Notes under the pieces: model-generated
Told to the model about the DNA's origin: nothing
What the model saw: only the letters and a program-made list of their open reading frames with translations
Database searches by the model: none
Source: an uncultured Actinomycetes bacterium
GTDB taxonomy: Bacteria; Actinomycetota; Acidimicrobiia; Acidimicrobiales; JACCXE01
Length of the DNA stretch: 64,000 nt
Assembly (NCBI GenBank): GCA_963722185.1
Contig: CAVRKD010000004.1
Span: 12,480 to 76,479, forward strand
Direction: 5' to 3'
Shown here: positions 17,518-28,200 of the stretch, one piece after another
Layout: every line of letters begins with the position of its first letter
Position numbering within the stretch: position 1 is the first letter of the stretch
Position numbers and translations under genes: made by a program

Positions 17518-17730
17518 ATGCCCGTGCCCACCGGCACCGTTAAATGGTTCAACAGTGAGAAGGGCTACGGGTTCATCACCCAGTCCGATGGCTCGCCTGA
17601 TGTCTTCGTGCACTTCAGTGCAATTCAGATGGACGGCTACCGCAACCTGACCGAAGGCCAGGCTGTGGAATTCGACGTCCAGCAGGGCGACAAGGGGCTG
17701 CAAGCGGCCAACGTTCGTCCCTCCTCCTAG
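17518..17730 (+). CDS. cspA: Cold-shock protein (CspA family)
   Basis: The product contains [15 protein letters not shown] (RNP1) and VFVHFS (RNP2). The ribosome-binding site is AAGGGAGA. Confidence 0.93.
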   Translation: MPVPTGTVKWFNSEKGYGFITQSDGSPDVFVHFSAIQMDGYRNLTEGQAVEFDVQQGDKGLQAANVRPSS

Positions 17731-17753
17731 GAGAGACCAGAGTCGTTCGAAGG

Positions 17754-17790
17754 AGCGGTTGTCCTACTCCGGTAGGGCAGCCGCTTCTTC
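17754..17790 (+). terminator. Stem-loop terminator after cspA (14-bp stem, tetraloop)
   Basis: AGCGGTTGTCCTAC-tccg-GTAGGGCAGCCGCT has 12 Watson-Crick and 2 G:U pairs. It is followed by TCTTC, so the U-tract is weak. Confidence 0.5.
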
Positions 17791-17811
17791 GCGTCTCGGC
17801 TACCGACGCGG

Positions 17812-18369
17812 CTAGTCCCCGAGGAGTGTGCCGCCGAGGTTGAGCACGATGGCGCCGTCGCCGGGCGCGGCGGCGCAGTCGCCGACGGCGAGCACCGTCA
17901 ACGCAATGCCCGTGCAGCCCCCTTCGCCCACACCGAGCGAGACCTGCGCTCCGAGCGCGGGTACGGCGAGGTCAGCTTGGACCGCCGGTGTTGGCTGCGC
18001 CCCGGGAGTCGTCGGCGGCGCCGCCGGGGTTTTACCGGGCGACGTGGGTGCCGGCGGGTTGTAACAACCGGAGCTCGCCGACAAGCAGCCCAGCGGCTCG
18101 GCGGCGCGCGAGCGATCGGAACCACTCACGCGACTGGTTTGCGTGCCGAGCACCGAACCGGGCACGACCGCCTCCGGAGTGTCGACCCTTGCCTTCGCCG
18201 CCGTCGGCGTGTCACCGGCGAAGGGACTCGTGGCGCCGTCGGCCAGGTGCATGCCGAGGCCGATCAAGTCGGCCACCAGGAGCAGCGCCGCGGCGGCCGC
18301 GAGTGGACGCCGGACGCGGTCAAGCAGTCCCTTGTCCAGCGAGCCAGGGAAGTGCGCTACGGCAGTCAC
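17812..18369 (-). CDS. Hypothetical membrane-anchored Pro/Ala/Thr-rich protein
   Basis: The start is a GTG and there is one N-terminal TM (AAAALLLVADLIGLG). Third-codon-position GC is high on this strand and there are four Cys. I recognise no family. Confidence 0.4.
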   Translation of the reverse strand: MTAVAHFPGSLDKGLLDRVRRPLAAAAALLLVADLIGLGMHLADGATSPFAGDTPTAAKARVDTPEAVVPGSVLGTQTSRVSGSDRSRAAEPLGCLSASSGCYNPPAPTSPGKTPAAPPTTPGAQPTPAVQADLAVPALGAQVSLGVGEGGCTGIALTVLAVGDCAAAPGDGAIVLNLGGTLLGD

Positions 18370-18487
18370 GCTGCTCAGGGTACCTATTTGCTGCCGATCG
18401 CAAACCGCGCGGGCCGTATGTTACCGTTGAGTAACAACGCTTGCGGCGCCCGAATTGGGACCGTTTTCACCAAGGGTGAGGTTCGAG

Positions 18488-19705
18488 ATGGCTGAGTTTT
18501 CGCTCGCGCTCAACGAAGATCAATTGCAGATCCAGAAGTGGGTGCATGACTTCGCCGAGAATGTCGTGCGTCCCGCGGGTCACGAATGGGACGAACGGGA
18601 AGAGACCCCGTGGCCCATCATCGAGGAGGCAGCCAAGATCGGGCTGTACTCCTTCGACTTCTTCGCCAACGCGATGTTGGGCGACCCCACGGGCCTCACA
18701 CTGCCGGTCGCACTCGAGGAATTGTTCTGGGGCGACGCCGGCATCGGGCTGTCGATTTTCGGCTCAGGACTCGCCGCCGCCGGCATCGCCTCGAGCGGCA
18801 CGCCCGAGCAGACTCTCGAGTGGGTCCCGCAATGCTTCGGCACGCCCGACGCCATTCAGCTCGGCGCGTACTGCGTGAGCGAGCCCGACGCCGGCTCCGA
18901 CGTGTCGTCGTTGAAGACGCGTGCGGTCTACGACGAGGCGAGCGACGAGTGGGTGCTCAACGGCACCAAGGCGTGGATCACCAACGGTGGCATCGCGGCG
19001 CTGCACGTCGTGGTGGCGGCGGTCGAACCTGGTCTCGGTAGCCGCGGGCAGGCGAGCTTCGTCATTCCTCCCGGCACCAAGGGTCTGTCCCAGGGCGCCA
19101 AGTACAAGAAGCACGGCATCCGGGCGTCGCACACCGCCGAGGTCATTCTCGACGACGTGCGCATCCCGGGCAACTGCCTGCTCGGCGGCAAGCCCAAGCT
19201 CGACGAGAAGATCGCCCGCGCAAAGGAAAACGCGCATACCGGCGCCGTCCAACCGGCCATGGCGACCTTCGAAGCCACCCGCCCGTCGGTTGGCGCGATG
19301 GCGATCGGCATCGCTCGAGCGGCGTACGAGTACTCGCTGCAGTACGCCAAGGAGCGCGTGGCCTTCGGCAAGCCGATCATCATGAACCAGGGGATCGCGT
19401 TCATCCTCGCCGACATGGCGATGGAGATCGACGCGGCGCGCCTGCTGGTGCACCGCGCCGCGTGGCTTGCCCGCAACGGCGGCTACAAGAACGCCGAGGG
19501 TTCGATGAGCAAGCTCAAGGCCGGCCGCGTCGCCGTCTGGTCGACCGAGCGCGCCATCCAGATTCTCGGTGGCTACGGCTACACGCGTGAGTATCCGGTG
19601 GAGCGGTGGCACCGCGACGCCAAGATCTTCGACATCTTCGAAGGCGCCGAGCAGATCCAGCAGCTCGTGATCGCACGGGCGATCAGCGGCTTGCGCGTCG
19701 AGTAG
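18488..19705 (+). CDS. Acyl-CoA dehydrogenase
   Basis: The ACAD fold is collinear along the whole length (CVSEPDAGSDV, WITNGG, catalytic region IFEGAEQIQ). The start is the ATG at 18488, after GGTGAGG. Confidence 0.9.
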   Translation: MAEFSLALNEDQLQIQKWVHDFAENVVRPAGHEWDEREETPWPIIEEAAKIGLYSFDFFANAMLGDPTGLTLPVALEELFWGDAGIGLSIFGSGLAAAGIASSGTPEQTLEWVPQCFGTPDAIQLGAYCVSEPDAGSDVSSLKTRAVYDEASDEWVLNGTKAWITNGGIAALHVVVAAVEPGLGSRGQASFVIPPGTKGLSQGAKYKKHGIRASHTAEVILDDVRIPGNCLLGGKPKLDEKIARAKENAHTGAVQPAMATFEATRPSVGAMAIGIARAAYEYSLQYAKERVAFGKPIIMNQGIAFILADMAMEIDAARLLVHRAAWLARNGGYKNAEGSMSKLKAGRVAVWSTERAIQILGGYGYTREYPVERWHRDAKIFDIFEGAEQIQQLVIARAISGLRVE

Positions 19706-19707
19706 CT

Positions 19708-20130
19708 CTACGCCACGAATTCGTAGTCGACGCCGAGCGCGATGTAGGTCCGCTCGGCGCGTCGGTCTCGCGTCAAGAGCCGGAAACGGTTCTCTCGGGC
19801 CGCGGCCCCAACGAGCGCGTCGAATACCGCGCCGCCGACGATGCCCAGCGATCCGATCTCGCCGGCGAGCGCCTGCGTGCCGTCGGACGTCAGCCAGCAT
19901 CGAAGCGGAAACAGTGTGTCGAGCGCGCCACGGGCTTCGACCGACCCCAAACGAAGCGGAACGGGTAAGCGAGTCAGGACTGAGTACGTCTCGAATGCAG
20001 CGTGTCCGCTTAGCGCGCACCGGGCGGCGGAGACGACGCGGCGGGCTTCGGTGTGCGCTTCGTGGTTCGGGTCAAGCGCGGCCACGGCGACGCTCGTATC
20101 GACGGCGGGCTTAGGCCTGGAGCTCATCAC
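19708..20130 (-). CDS. vapC: Type II toxin VapC (PIN domain ribonuclease)
   Basis: The PIN acidic residues are in context (VDTSV, FDALVGAAA, LLTRDRR). It overlaps the upstream antitoxin gene. Confidence 0.8.
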   Translation of the reverse strand: MMSSRPKPAVDTSVAVAALDPNHEAHTEARRVVSAARCALSGHAAFETYSVLTRLPVPLRLGSVEARGALDTLFPLRCWLTSDGTQALAGEIGSLGIVGGAVFDALVGAAARENRFRLLTRDRRAERTYIALGVDYEFVA

Positions 20131-20353
20131 GCAACCGCCGAACGTGATCGTCGGTTACGACGAAGCCCTCGACCTTCTCCAAGATCGGCAAGCCATCGGC
20201 CATGAGAACGCGCCGCGATGGCGATACAGGATCGAGCCGGATGCTCACCCCGTCGACGACGAGATCGACCTCCGCGTCGGCTACCAGTCCGAGCGCGTCG
20301 CGAACGGTTTTCGGGATAACAACTCGGCCGACCCGGTCGATGGTAATGCGCAT
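20111..20353 (-). CDS. vapB: Type II antitoxin VapB (AbrB/MazE/SpoVT fold)
   Basis: The SpoVT-AbrB motif MRITIDRVGRVVIPKTVRDALGL is present. The product is 80 aa. Confidence 0.8.
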   Translation of the reverse strand: MRITIDRVGRVVIPKTVRDALGLVADAEVDLVVDGVSIRLDPVSPSRRVLMADGLPILEKVEGFVVTDDHVRRLRDELQA

Positions 20354-20389
20354 GGGAAGACAGTACCATCGTCATGCCAATTGACCCGG

Positions 20390-21172
20390 CTACGGCGTGA
20401 GGCGGCGCGCCATCTTGGTCGTCGCCACGCGCACGCCGACTGCTCCCATGATCGCCAGGTACGCCGCGTGGCCGAGCGCGACCATGCCCGCTTGACCGAA
20501 CGCAAGGTCGCGCATCAGCGCCACGCCTTGGTACAGCGGCGTGCACTGCACCACGGTGGCTAACCAACCCGGGTAGCGGTCGAGCTCGAAGAACACGCCC
20601 GAGAACAGGAAGCTCGGGATCACGACAACGTTGACGAAGTCGAAGTCGAAATACGAGCGCATGTACGCCGCGCCGCCGGCACCCACGCCGGCGAAGGCCC
20701 AGCACACCAACGCGGCGCTCGGTAACAGCAGCACTCCTTGCCACGAGTGCACGAGCCCAAGCGCGACCATCGCCGCAAAGAAGAACGACGCGTAGATCAC
20801 GCCGCGCGTCACGGCCCACGCGACCTCACCCCGAACAATGTCGGCGGGCGTAAGTGGTGTCGCCAGCATGCTGTCGAACACCTTCCAGTACTTGAGCTTG
20901 ACGAAGAACATGATCGTGGTGTCGAACACTGCGCCGTTCATCGCCGCCGTCGCCATCAGTCCTGGTGCTACGAAGTCGCGGTAGCTCACGAGTTGACCAC
21001 CGGGTGCGCCGATCTTGCCGACGAGGTCGCCGACGCCGATCCCGATGGACAGCAGGAACAGGAACGGCTCGACGATGCCGACGGCGAAGATGAGCCACAA
21101 CCGCCGGTACGCGAGCGCGTTGCGCTCGAGGACGCGCAGCGGCCCGCTCGGGAGGAGCTCGGCGACCTTCAC
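20390..21172 (-). CDS. ABC-2 type exporter permease (second copy)
   Basis: The GTG at 21172 overlaps the upstream stop (GTGA). The multi-TM product begins LRVLERNALAYRRLWLIF. Only the C-terminal 260 aa of the track ORF are credible. Confidence 0.8.
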   Translation of the reverse strand: MKVAELLPSGPLRVLERNALAYRRLWLIFAVGIVEPFLFLLSIGIGVGDLVGKIGAPGGQLVSYRDFVAPGLMATAAMNGAVFDTTIMFFVKLKYWKVFDSMLATPLTPADIVRGEVAWAVTRGVIYASFFFAAMVALGLVHSWQGVLLLPSAALVCWAFAGVGAGGAAYMRSYFDFDFVNVVVIPSFLFSGVFFELDRYPGWLATVVQCTPLYQGVALMRDLAFGQAGMVALGHAAYLAIMGAVGVRVATTKMARRLTP

Positions 21173-21951
21173 GGTGCGAGCCGCCGAGAGAACGTTTGCC
21201 GGGCCGCCAGCCAGCCACCGACGGCCAGGATCATGAGGATCAAGAGGTGGGCGGCGATTGGCCCGAGGCCGGGGCTGCGTCCGGTCGTTGTCGCCCGCAG
21301 CAGTTCGACGCCGTGGTAGAGCGGAGACAACTGCACGAGTGGCTGGCCCCATCCCGGCAGACTCGCGATCGGGAAGAAGGTGCCCGAGAACAAGAAGAGC
21401 GGCATCACGCCGACGCGCATGATGACGGGGAACGATCGGTCGTTGTCCGTGAAGGTCGACCAGGAAGCGACCGGCGCGGAAATCGCGACGACGAATAGCA
21501 CCGCGAGCACCGGGCTCAGGACGGCCCACCACGACTCGATCGCGCCGAGTGGCACGGCGACGACGAGAAAGGCGAGGGTGGTGGCTGCGGCTCGCAGCGC
21601 CTCCCAAGCCAGGTGGCCACCGAGCACGTCGGTGGTTCCCAGCGGACTGGCGATCATGGCGTGGTAGCGCTTGTCCCACTTGGTGCCGCTCATGACCCAC
21701 CACAGCGAGTCACCGACCGCGGACTGCAGGATGCTCGCGGCGAGCAAGCCCGGCGCGACGAACTGCATGTACGACAACCCGTCAAGCGCCGCGCTCGAAC
21801 GGTCGTCGACATAGCCGCCCACGCCTGCGCCCATCGCGACCAGAAAGAGCAGTGGCGAGACGAAGGCGCTGAAGGCGATGCCGTGCCACAGCCGGCGCAT
21901 GATGAGCGCCTCGCGTTCGACGAGGCGTCCGACGCGAGCCGCGGCGGTCAT
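21169..21951 (-). CDS. ABC-2 type exporter permease (first copy)
   Basis: The N-terminus is LVEREALIMRRLWHGIAF and the product has about six TM segments, which is a NodJ/DrrB-like architecture. It overlaps the ATPase stop. Confidence 0.8.
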   Translation of the reverse strand: MTAAARVGRLVEREALIMRRLWHGIAFSAFVSPLLFLVAMGAGVGGYVDDRSSAALDGLSYMQFVAPGLLAASILQSAVGDSLWWVMSGTKWDKRYHAMIASPLGTTDVLGGHLAWEALRAAATTLAFLVVAVPLGAIESWWAVLSPVLAVLFVVAISAPVASWSTFTDNDRSFPVIMRVGVMPLFLFSGTFFPIASLPGWGQPLVQLSPLYHGVELLRATTTGRSPGLGPIAAHLLILMILAVGGWLAARQTFSRRLAP

Positions 21952-22868
21952 TCGAGTGCCCGTCCCGTCAACACGAGGAATACGTCTTCGAGCGTGCCGC
22001 GCCGGACGAGCGCCGACTCGGTGCTGACGCCGCGGTGAGCGAGGGCGTGCACGGTGGCATCGCCGTCGGCGGTGTACAGCACGATGCGGTCGGTCAGGCG
22101 CTCGACGCGGTCCACGATTCCGTCGACCCGCTCGTATGCGTGCTGGTGGTCCGCGGGGTCGAGAAAGCGCAGTTCGACCACCTCGCGCGTCGAGTAGCGG
22201 CGAATCAGTTCCCGCGGCGAGCCCTCCGCCACGATGTGGCCGCCGTCGATGATCACGAGGCGATCACACAGCTGCTCCGCTTCGTCCATGTAGTGACTTG
22301 TGAGCACGATGGTGACGCCCTGGCGCTTCAGCTGGTAGAGGCGTTCCCACAACAGGTGGCGGGCTTGCGGGTCGAGGCCGGTCGTCGGCTCGTCGAGCAA
22401 CAGCAGCTCGGGATCGTTGATGAGGCCACGCGCCACGGCCAGGCGCCGCTTCATGCCTCCGGAGAGCGGGTCGACCTTCTCATTGGCACGGTCGGCGAGT
22501 TGGAAGAAGTGCAACAGCTCCTCGGCGCGTTCCCGGATCACCGCGCGTGGCAGGCCGAAGTAGCGGCCGTAGATCATCAGGTTGTCCAGCACGCTCAGCT
22601 CGAAGTCGAGGTTGTCCTCCTGCGGCACCGAGCCAAGGCGTGCGCGGATCTCGGAGCCGCTCACCTCCGGGTCCAGGCCGAGGACGCGCAGGTGGCCTCC
22701 GGTGCGCGGCGAGGTGCACGCAATCATGCGCATCGTCGAGCTCTTGCCCGCGCCGTTGGGGCCGAGGAGTCCGAAGGTCTCACCCGGCTCGACGACGAAG
22801 TCGATCTCGTCGACGGCGATCACATCGTCGAAGCGCTTCGAAAGACCGGTGGCTTCCACGAGTGACAC
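21948..22868 (-). CDS. ABC exporter ATP-binding protein (NodI/DrrA-like)
   Basis: Motifs are GPNGAGKSS, LSGGMKRRLAVA and LLLLDEPTTGLD. Confidence 0.9.
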   Translation of the reverse strand: MSLVEATGLSKRFDDVIAVDEIDFVVEPGETFGLLGPNGAGKSSTMRMIACTSPRTGGHLRVLGLDPEVSGSEIRARLGSVPQEDNLDFELSVLDNLMIYGRYFGLPRAVIRERAEELLHFFQLADRANEKVDPLSGGMKRRLAVARGLINDPELLLLDEPTTGLDPQARHLLWERLYQLKRQGVTIVLTSHYMDEAEQLCDRLVIIDGGHIVAEGSPRELIRRYSTREVVELRFLDPADHQHAYERVDGIVDRVERLTDRIVLYTADGDATVHALAHRGVSTESALVRRGTLEDVFLVLTGRALE

Positions 22869-22911
22869 GAGGGGTGACGGTAGGCGCCACCCCGATAGTG
22901 GACGAGTTGTT

Positions 22912-23742
22912 TTATCCGGGGTCGGTTGTCATCAGGCGGACGAACTCAGCGTCGTCGTCCATGTTCCACCGCTCGATGTATTCCTCGTCGGTGAGTGATC
23001 TGCGAACGGCGACGTTGCGTTCCGCGCCCTGACCCGTGAGCCAGCGCAGCTTTGGTCTGTCAGTGCTGATCGCCTCCGCGATGCAGTCGGCCACTTCGTC
23101 GGCGGTTGACGCGTGTGCGAGTTCGGCCATCACGAACTGGACCAGCCGGTTGCGTTTGGGTGCGTAGGGGCCCGTCGGCGGTGTCCTGTCGACCTTGCCC
23201 CAGATCGGCGTCATGATGGCGCCCGGCTCGACGATCGCAACGCGAATGCCGAAAGGTGCGACCTCGACCGCCAGCGCTTCCGACGCCGCTTCGAGCGCGT
23301 ACTTCGAAGCCGCGTACGGCGCCATCGTCGGGGTGACAACTCGCCCCGCCTGACTGGTCACCTGCACGATGCAGCCGGCGCCACGCTCGCGCATCGACGG
23401 CAGGACGGCCTTCGTGCAGCGGAGGGCGCCGAAGAAGTTGGTCTCCATGACCTCGCGAAAGTTCTCGAGCGGCACCTCTTCGACGGGCCGTGCGTCGCCA
23501 CCGAGGCCGGCGTTGTTCACGAGAATGTCGACGCCGCCATGCTCGGCGAACACGTCTTTGAACAACACGTCGACCGACGCGTCGTCGTTCACGTCGAGCG
23601 CTCGAACCTCGATGCCTTCGGGCAGGTCCGCTGCCGCTGGGTTCCGCATCGTCGCGACGACGTGGTGACCGTCCTGCGCGAGTCGTAGCGCCGCCGCCTG
23701 ACCAATGCCGGTGCTGCACCCTGTGACTACTGCGATGCCCAT
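22912..23742 (-). CDS. SDR-family oxidoreductase
   Basis: Motifs are TGCSTGIG, NNAG and the catalytic YAASK. Confidence 0.88.
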   Translation of the reverse strand: MGIAVVTGCSTGIGQAAALRLAQDGHHVVATMRNPAAADLPEGIEVRALDVNDDASVDVLFKDVFAEHGGVDILVNNAGLGGDARPVEEVPLENFREVMETNFFGALRCTKAVLPSMRERGAGCIVQVTSQAGRVVTPTMAPYAASKYALEAASEALAVEVAPFGIRVAIVEPGAIMTPIWGKVDRTPPTGPYAPKRNRLVQFVMAELAHASTADEVADCIAEAISTDRPKLRWLTGQGAERNVAVRRSLTDEEYIERWNMDDDAEFVRLMTTDPG

Positions 23743-23769
23743 TTGCCTGCCTCCCGCGGTTGACCGACC

Positions 23770-24711
23770 CTACGTGGTCGAGGCGTCTCGGCCGCCTTCG
23801 AGCCAGGCTCGAAATTCGGGGTCGAGGCGCGCGGCCCGCTCTTCGTACTGTGCGAGTTCGTCTTCGGTGAGTAGGTCGCGCCAGCGGCCGTTGGTGCCCT
23901 TGAAAATGAACCGGCTCGAACCACCTTCGAAAAATCCGCCTGAGAGTCGTCCAGTTCCGGCCGCGTCCGCGGCGAGCGCTTCCTGTTTCATGGCGTCGAA
24001 TGTGGTGACGCGGACGACCTCGGCGAGTTGCTCGGGCGTCAGTTCGAGACCGAGAAACGCCGCGAGACGCGCTATCTCCGTGGTGGGATCGGCCTTGAGG
24101 TCGGCGTGGTGCAGGAGCAAGACGTTCGGCCGATCGCGCGCCGTCCACCACGTTCCGAGGTGATGGTGATGCGACCAGAACGGCCAGCCGTCTTCCTCCC
24201 AGTCGAACCAACCCCGGCTGATCCAGGCCCTCCACAACGCGTGGGCGTCGCCGTCGAAGCGCGGCAGCGGTTCTCCGGGACGGTCACCGTCATTTAACGC
24301 CGCCATGGCCACGTCGGTATAGGCGTCGTAGTGGTTGAGCAGCGACATGAAGACGTCGCGGGTGTCGCGGCCGACGACGACAAAGCGCACGCGGTCGTCC
24401 CACCGAATGCCGTCGAGAGCGAGGTGGCTCTTTAGAAACCGCCGATGCGGCTGTGCGTTGGCCGCCGCCGCCGTCGACTCGATCGGGCCCGTGAAGCGGG
24501 CGTCGATCCACGGCGACAGGTCGCGCGTCATCGGCTGGTCTGGCCCGTGGAGCAGCGCGCATGCGATCCGTTGCGTCCACGTGGTGCCGCACTTGTACGG
24601 CGTCGTGATGACTATGTCATCGTCGCGATACGGCACGTGATCCCACCGCGTCGAGTCGAGATGGTGGTGTTGGTAAACGCGCGTGCCTGCCAACGCGGGT
24701 GCGCCGGTCAC
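23770..24711 (-). CDS. PAPS-dependent sulfotransferase (Sulfotransfer_1 type)
   Basis: The 5'-PSB loop is PYKCGTTW and the 3'-PB region is VGRDTRDVFMS. The C-terminus is FKGTNGRWRD. The GTG start at 24711 overlaps the cupin stop (GTGA). Confidence 0.85.
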   Translation of the reverse strand: MTGAPALAGTRVYQHHHLDSTRWDHVPYRDDDIVITTPYKCGTTWTQRIACALLHGPDQPMTRDLSPWIDARFTGPIESTAAAANAQPHRRFLKSHLALDGIRWDDRVRFVVVGRDTRDVFMSLLNHYDAYTDVAMAALNDGDRPGEPLPRFDGDAHALWRAWISRGWFDWEEDGWPFWSHHHHLGTWWTARDRPNVLLLHHADLKADPTTEIARLAAFLGLELTPEQLAEVVRVTTFDAMKQEALAADAAGTGRLSGGFFEGGSSRFIFKGTNGRWRDLLTEDELAQYEERAARLDPEFRAWLEGGRDASTT

Positions 24712-25262
24712 TTCCCTTCGGCTTCCCACCGCGCGTTGGCTTCTTGGAAGCGACGCAGCGTGCCGTCGACGTCGCGCGGCGCTTCGGTGAAGGTCTCGAA
24801 GTCCCACTCCGATCGTCCTGGGCCGAAGAAGTCGCCGCCGTAGACGTGGATGGCAACCGCGAACTCGCGGCGGGTGTTCGATACCGAGTGGATGGCGTCG
24901 TGGCCGAGAACCAACACGTCGCCCGCCGAGACCTCCCGTCCTCCGGCTGCCTCGATCGTGTCACCGGCCCGCCGGTAGAAGGCGTTGTCTTCCACGCCGC
25001 CGTACAAACCGATCACCGCCCACATCTGGTGGTCGTGCGGGTTGAGCACCATGCCCGGAGTCCACGCCACTTGCAGCACGGTGAGGTCCGGCGCGTTGTG
25101 CAGCGTCGTGATGCCGCCGCGCTCTACCGCGGGCAGCGCCGCGCCCAGCGCGGTCGGCTCCGATACCAACTGGTCCAGCACATCGCGAGTAGCCAGCGAA
25201 GGCGACGTCTCGTGGAGCGACGTCTTGAAGCGCTCCACGATGGTCTCGACGTCGAGTTTCAT
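24708..25262 (-). CDS. Cupin-superfamily metalloenzyme (cysteine-dioxygenase-like double-stranded beta-helix)
   Basis: Cupin His motifs are NPHDHQMW and HSV. The size and pattern fit the COG5553-type family. The assignment is from memory only. Confidence 0.6.
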   Translation of the reverse strand: MKLDVETIVERFKTSLHETSPSLATRDVLDQLVSEPTALGAALPAVERGGITTLHNAPDLTVLQVAWTPGMVLNPHDHQMWAVIGLYGGVEDNAFYRRAGDTIEAAGGREVSAGDVLVLGHDAIHSVSNTRREFAVAIHVYGGDFFGPGRSEWDFETFTEAPRDVDGTLRRFQEANARWEAEGK

Positions 25263-25269
25263 GGTGTAA

Positions 25270-28200
25270 CTATGCCGCGGCTTCGTCGCCCTCGGAAGTG
25301 AACGAGTGCCATAGCTCGGCGTAGCGGGGGCTGGTGCGCAGCAGCTCGTCGTGCGGGCCGACGGCTACGACGCGACCTTCGTCGATCACGAAGATGCGGT
25401 CGGCGGTACGGGCCGTGGGTAGGCGGTGGGCGACCAGGATCGTGGTGCGCCCTTGGGCGACGACACCCATCGCCCGTTGGACCTCGGCCTCGGTTTGCAG
25501 GTCGAGGTTCGAGGTCGCTTCGTCGAGCAGCAGGATGACCGGATCGACGAGCCGGGCGCGAGCCAGCGAGATCAGCTGGCGCTGCCCGGCAGACAGGCTG
25601 CGGCCGCGCTCCTTCACGTGCGACAGGTAGCCGAGTGGCATCCGGGCGATGAAGTCGTGCGCGCCGACGGCACGGGCGGCCTCTTCGACTTCGGCGTCGG
25701 TGGCGTCGGGTCGGCCGTAGGCGATGTTGTCGCGGATCGTGCCGGTGAACAGGAACGCTTCTTGGGGCACGATGCCGAGCTGGCGGCGGTAGGCGGAGCT
25801 GTCGAGGTCGCGCAGATCGTGGCCGTCGACCCTCACAACGCCCGCCGTCGGATCGTAGAAGCGGGCGACGAGCTTGACGATCGTCGACTTGCCGGCGCCC
25901 GTCTCGCCGACCAGCGCCACGGTCTCGCCCGGGCCGATGACAAGGTCCGCGCCCGTCAACGCCTCGTTGATCGCGGTGGCGTACTTGAAGTGCACGCCCT
26001 CGAAACTGATCTCGCCGCGGAGCCGGCCTGGGTCCACAGGCGACACTGCTTCCGGTGTGGTGGTGGCCGTCGTCATGAGCTCGTCGATCTTGTTCATCGA
26101 CGCCGTGGCCTGTTGCCAGGAATCGAAGACCTGCGAGATCTGCTGGATCGGCGCGAAGAACAAGTCGAGGAACAGCACGAAGCTGATGACGGTGCCGACG
26201 GTGACGACGTCGGAGCGCACGAACGACGAGCCGAAACCGAGCACCGCGGCGGCCGTGAGCTGGCCGACGAGGAGCACGAACGGGAAGTACAGCGAGATGT
26301 AGCGCTGCGCCTTCACGCGGGCGGCGAGATAGTCGCTGTTCACGTCGCGGAACCCGGAGATGTTCTTGTCCTCGCGGGTGTACGCCTGCGTGACCCGAAC
26401 ACCGGACAGGCTCTCCTGGAAGTTGGCGTTGACCGCGGCGATGCGGTCCCGCGCTTCGGCGTAGGTCACCGACGACTTGCGCTGGTACACGAACGTCGCC
26501 AGTAGCAGCGGCGGGAGCGCGCCGGCGGCGACGAGGGCGAGCTTGGGCGAGAGCACGGCAAGGAACACGAACACGCCCGTGCAGGTGAAGAGGCTGACGA
26601 TGGCGCTGACGAGTCCGGTCTGCAGAAGTTGCTGCAGCGAGTCGATGTCGGTGGTCATGCGCGTCATCACGCGTCCGGCCATCTCACCGTCGTAGTAGTC
26701 GAGCGACATGCGCTGCAGGTGGGCGAAGACGCGAATGCGCAGCGCATACAGCAGTCGCTCCGCTGTGCGGCCGGTTATGCGGGTGTAGCTCGTCGTCGTC
26801 ACCCAGCGGAAAAGCGCGACGAGCGTGAAGCCGGCGGTCGCCAGCCACAGCGGACCGCTGTCGAAACGGCGCACGCCGTGGTCGACGCCGTACTTCACCG
26901 AGAACGGGCCAAGCAGGGTGAGCACGGCGTCGAAGGCCACGAGGGCGAAGCCGAGCGCAAGCCAGCGCGTGTACGGCGCGATGAAACGTCGGAGGCTGAA
27001 CGACCCCGTGGGCGACGCCTCGCGAGCCACGTCGACCTTGGGGTCGTCGTTCGGCTCCGGCAGCTTGGCCAGGCCGGCGAGAAGTTCGGGCGTGGGGGCC
27101 AGGCTGCCACCCCAACCGCCGGCTCCGCCGCCACCGCCGCCGGGTCCGCCGATGCGGGGCGGCGCGGCCGTCGCCGTCGCCCGGGGTCCTTCCTCGGCCG
27201 CTTCGTACGGCCAAGCGGACGCGGTCACTCCGCCGAGGCGCAGCGATTCGGTCGGCGCGTCGACAACTGCTTGCTCGACGCTGTCATCGGGTCCGGCCAA
27301 AAGCGCCCGGTACAAGGCCGAGCGGCGGATCAGTTCTTCGTGCGTGCCCATGTCGTCGACCGCGCCATCGTCGACCACGACGATGCGGTCAGCGAGTCGC
27401 AGCGTCGAGCGACGATGGGCGACGAGGATTGTCGTCCGGCCGGCCATCAGGTGACGGAGCGTGTCGTGGATCTCTTCTTCGGTCTTGGCGTCGATCGACG
27501 ACGTGGCGTCGTCGAGCACGAGCGCCGCGGGGTCGGTGAGCAGCGCGCGGGCGAGCGCGACGCGCTGACGCTGACCGCCCGACAGCGTCAGACCGCGTTC
27601 GCCGACGACCGTGTCGTAGCCGTAGGGGAGGGCGCGGATAAATACGTCGGCTTCGGCGGCTACGGCCGCCGCCTCGATCTCGTCGTCGGTGGCCCCGGGT
27701 CGGCCGTAGGCGATGTTGGCGCGCAGCGAGTCCGAGAACAGGAACGGGTCCTCGAACACCACGCCGACGCCGCGTCGCAACGAGTCGAGCGTGACGTCGC
27801 GTACGTCGACGCCGTCGATGGTGACCGATCCCGAGGCCACGTCGTAGAAGCGCGGGAGCAACAGGGCGACGGTCGACTTGCCCGATCCGCTCGCACCGAC
27901 GAGTGCCACCGTTTCGCCAGGCGCGACGTCGAGGCTGAAGCCCTTGAGCACCGGCTCGCTCACCGTGTAGCCGAAGGTGACGTTGTCGAACACCACGTGG
28001 CCCGCGCCGCGCACGAGCGCCGGCGCGTCCGGCTTCTCGGTAATGGTCGGGTTGGCGTCGAGGATGTCAAGCAGGCGCTCGGCACCGGCCCGGGCTTGCT
28101 GCCCGATCGCCAGCAGCTGGGCGAACATGCGGACGGGCGCCACCAGCTGCACGAGGTACGACGAGAACGCGGTGAAGGCACCGAGGCTGAGCTGGCCGTG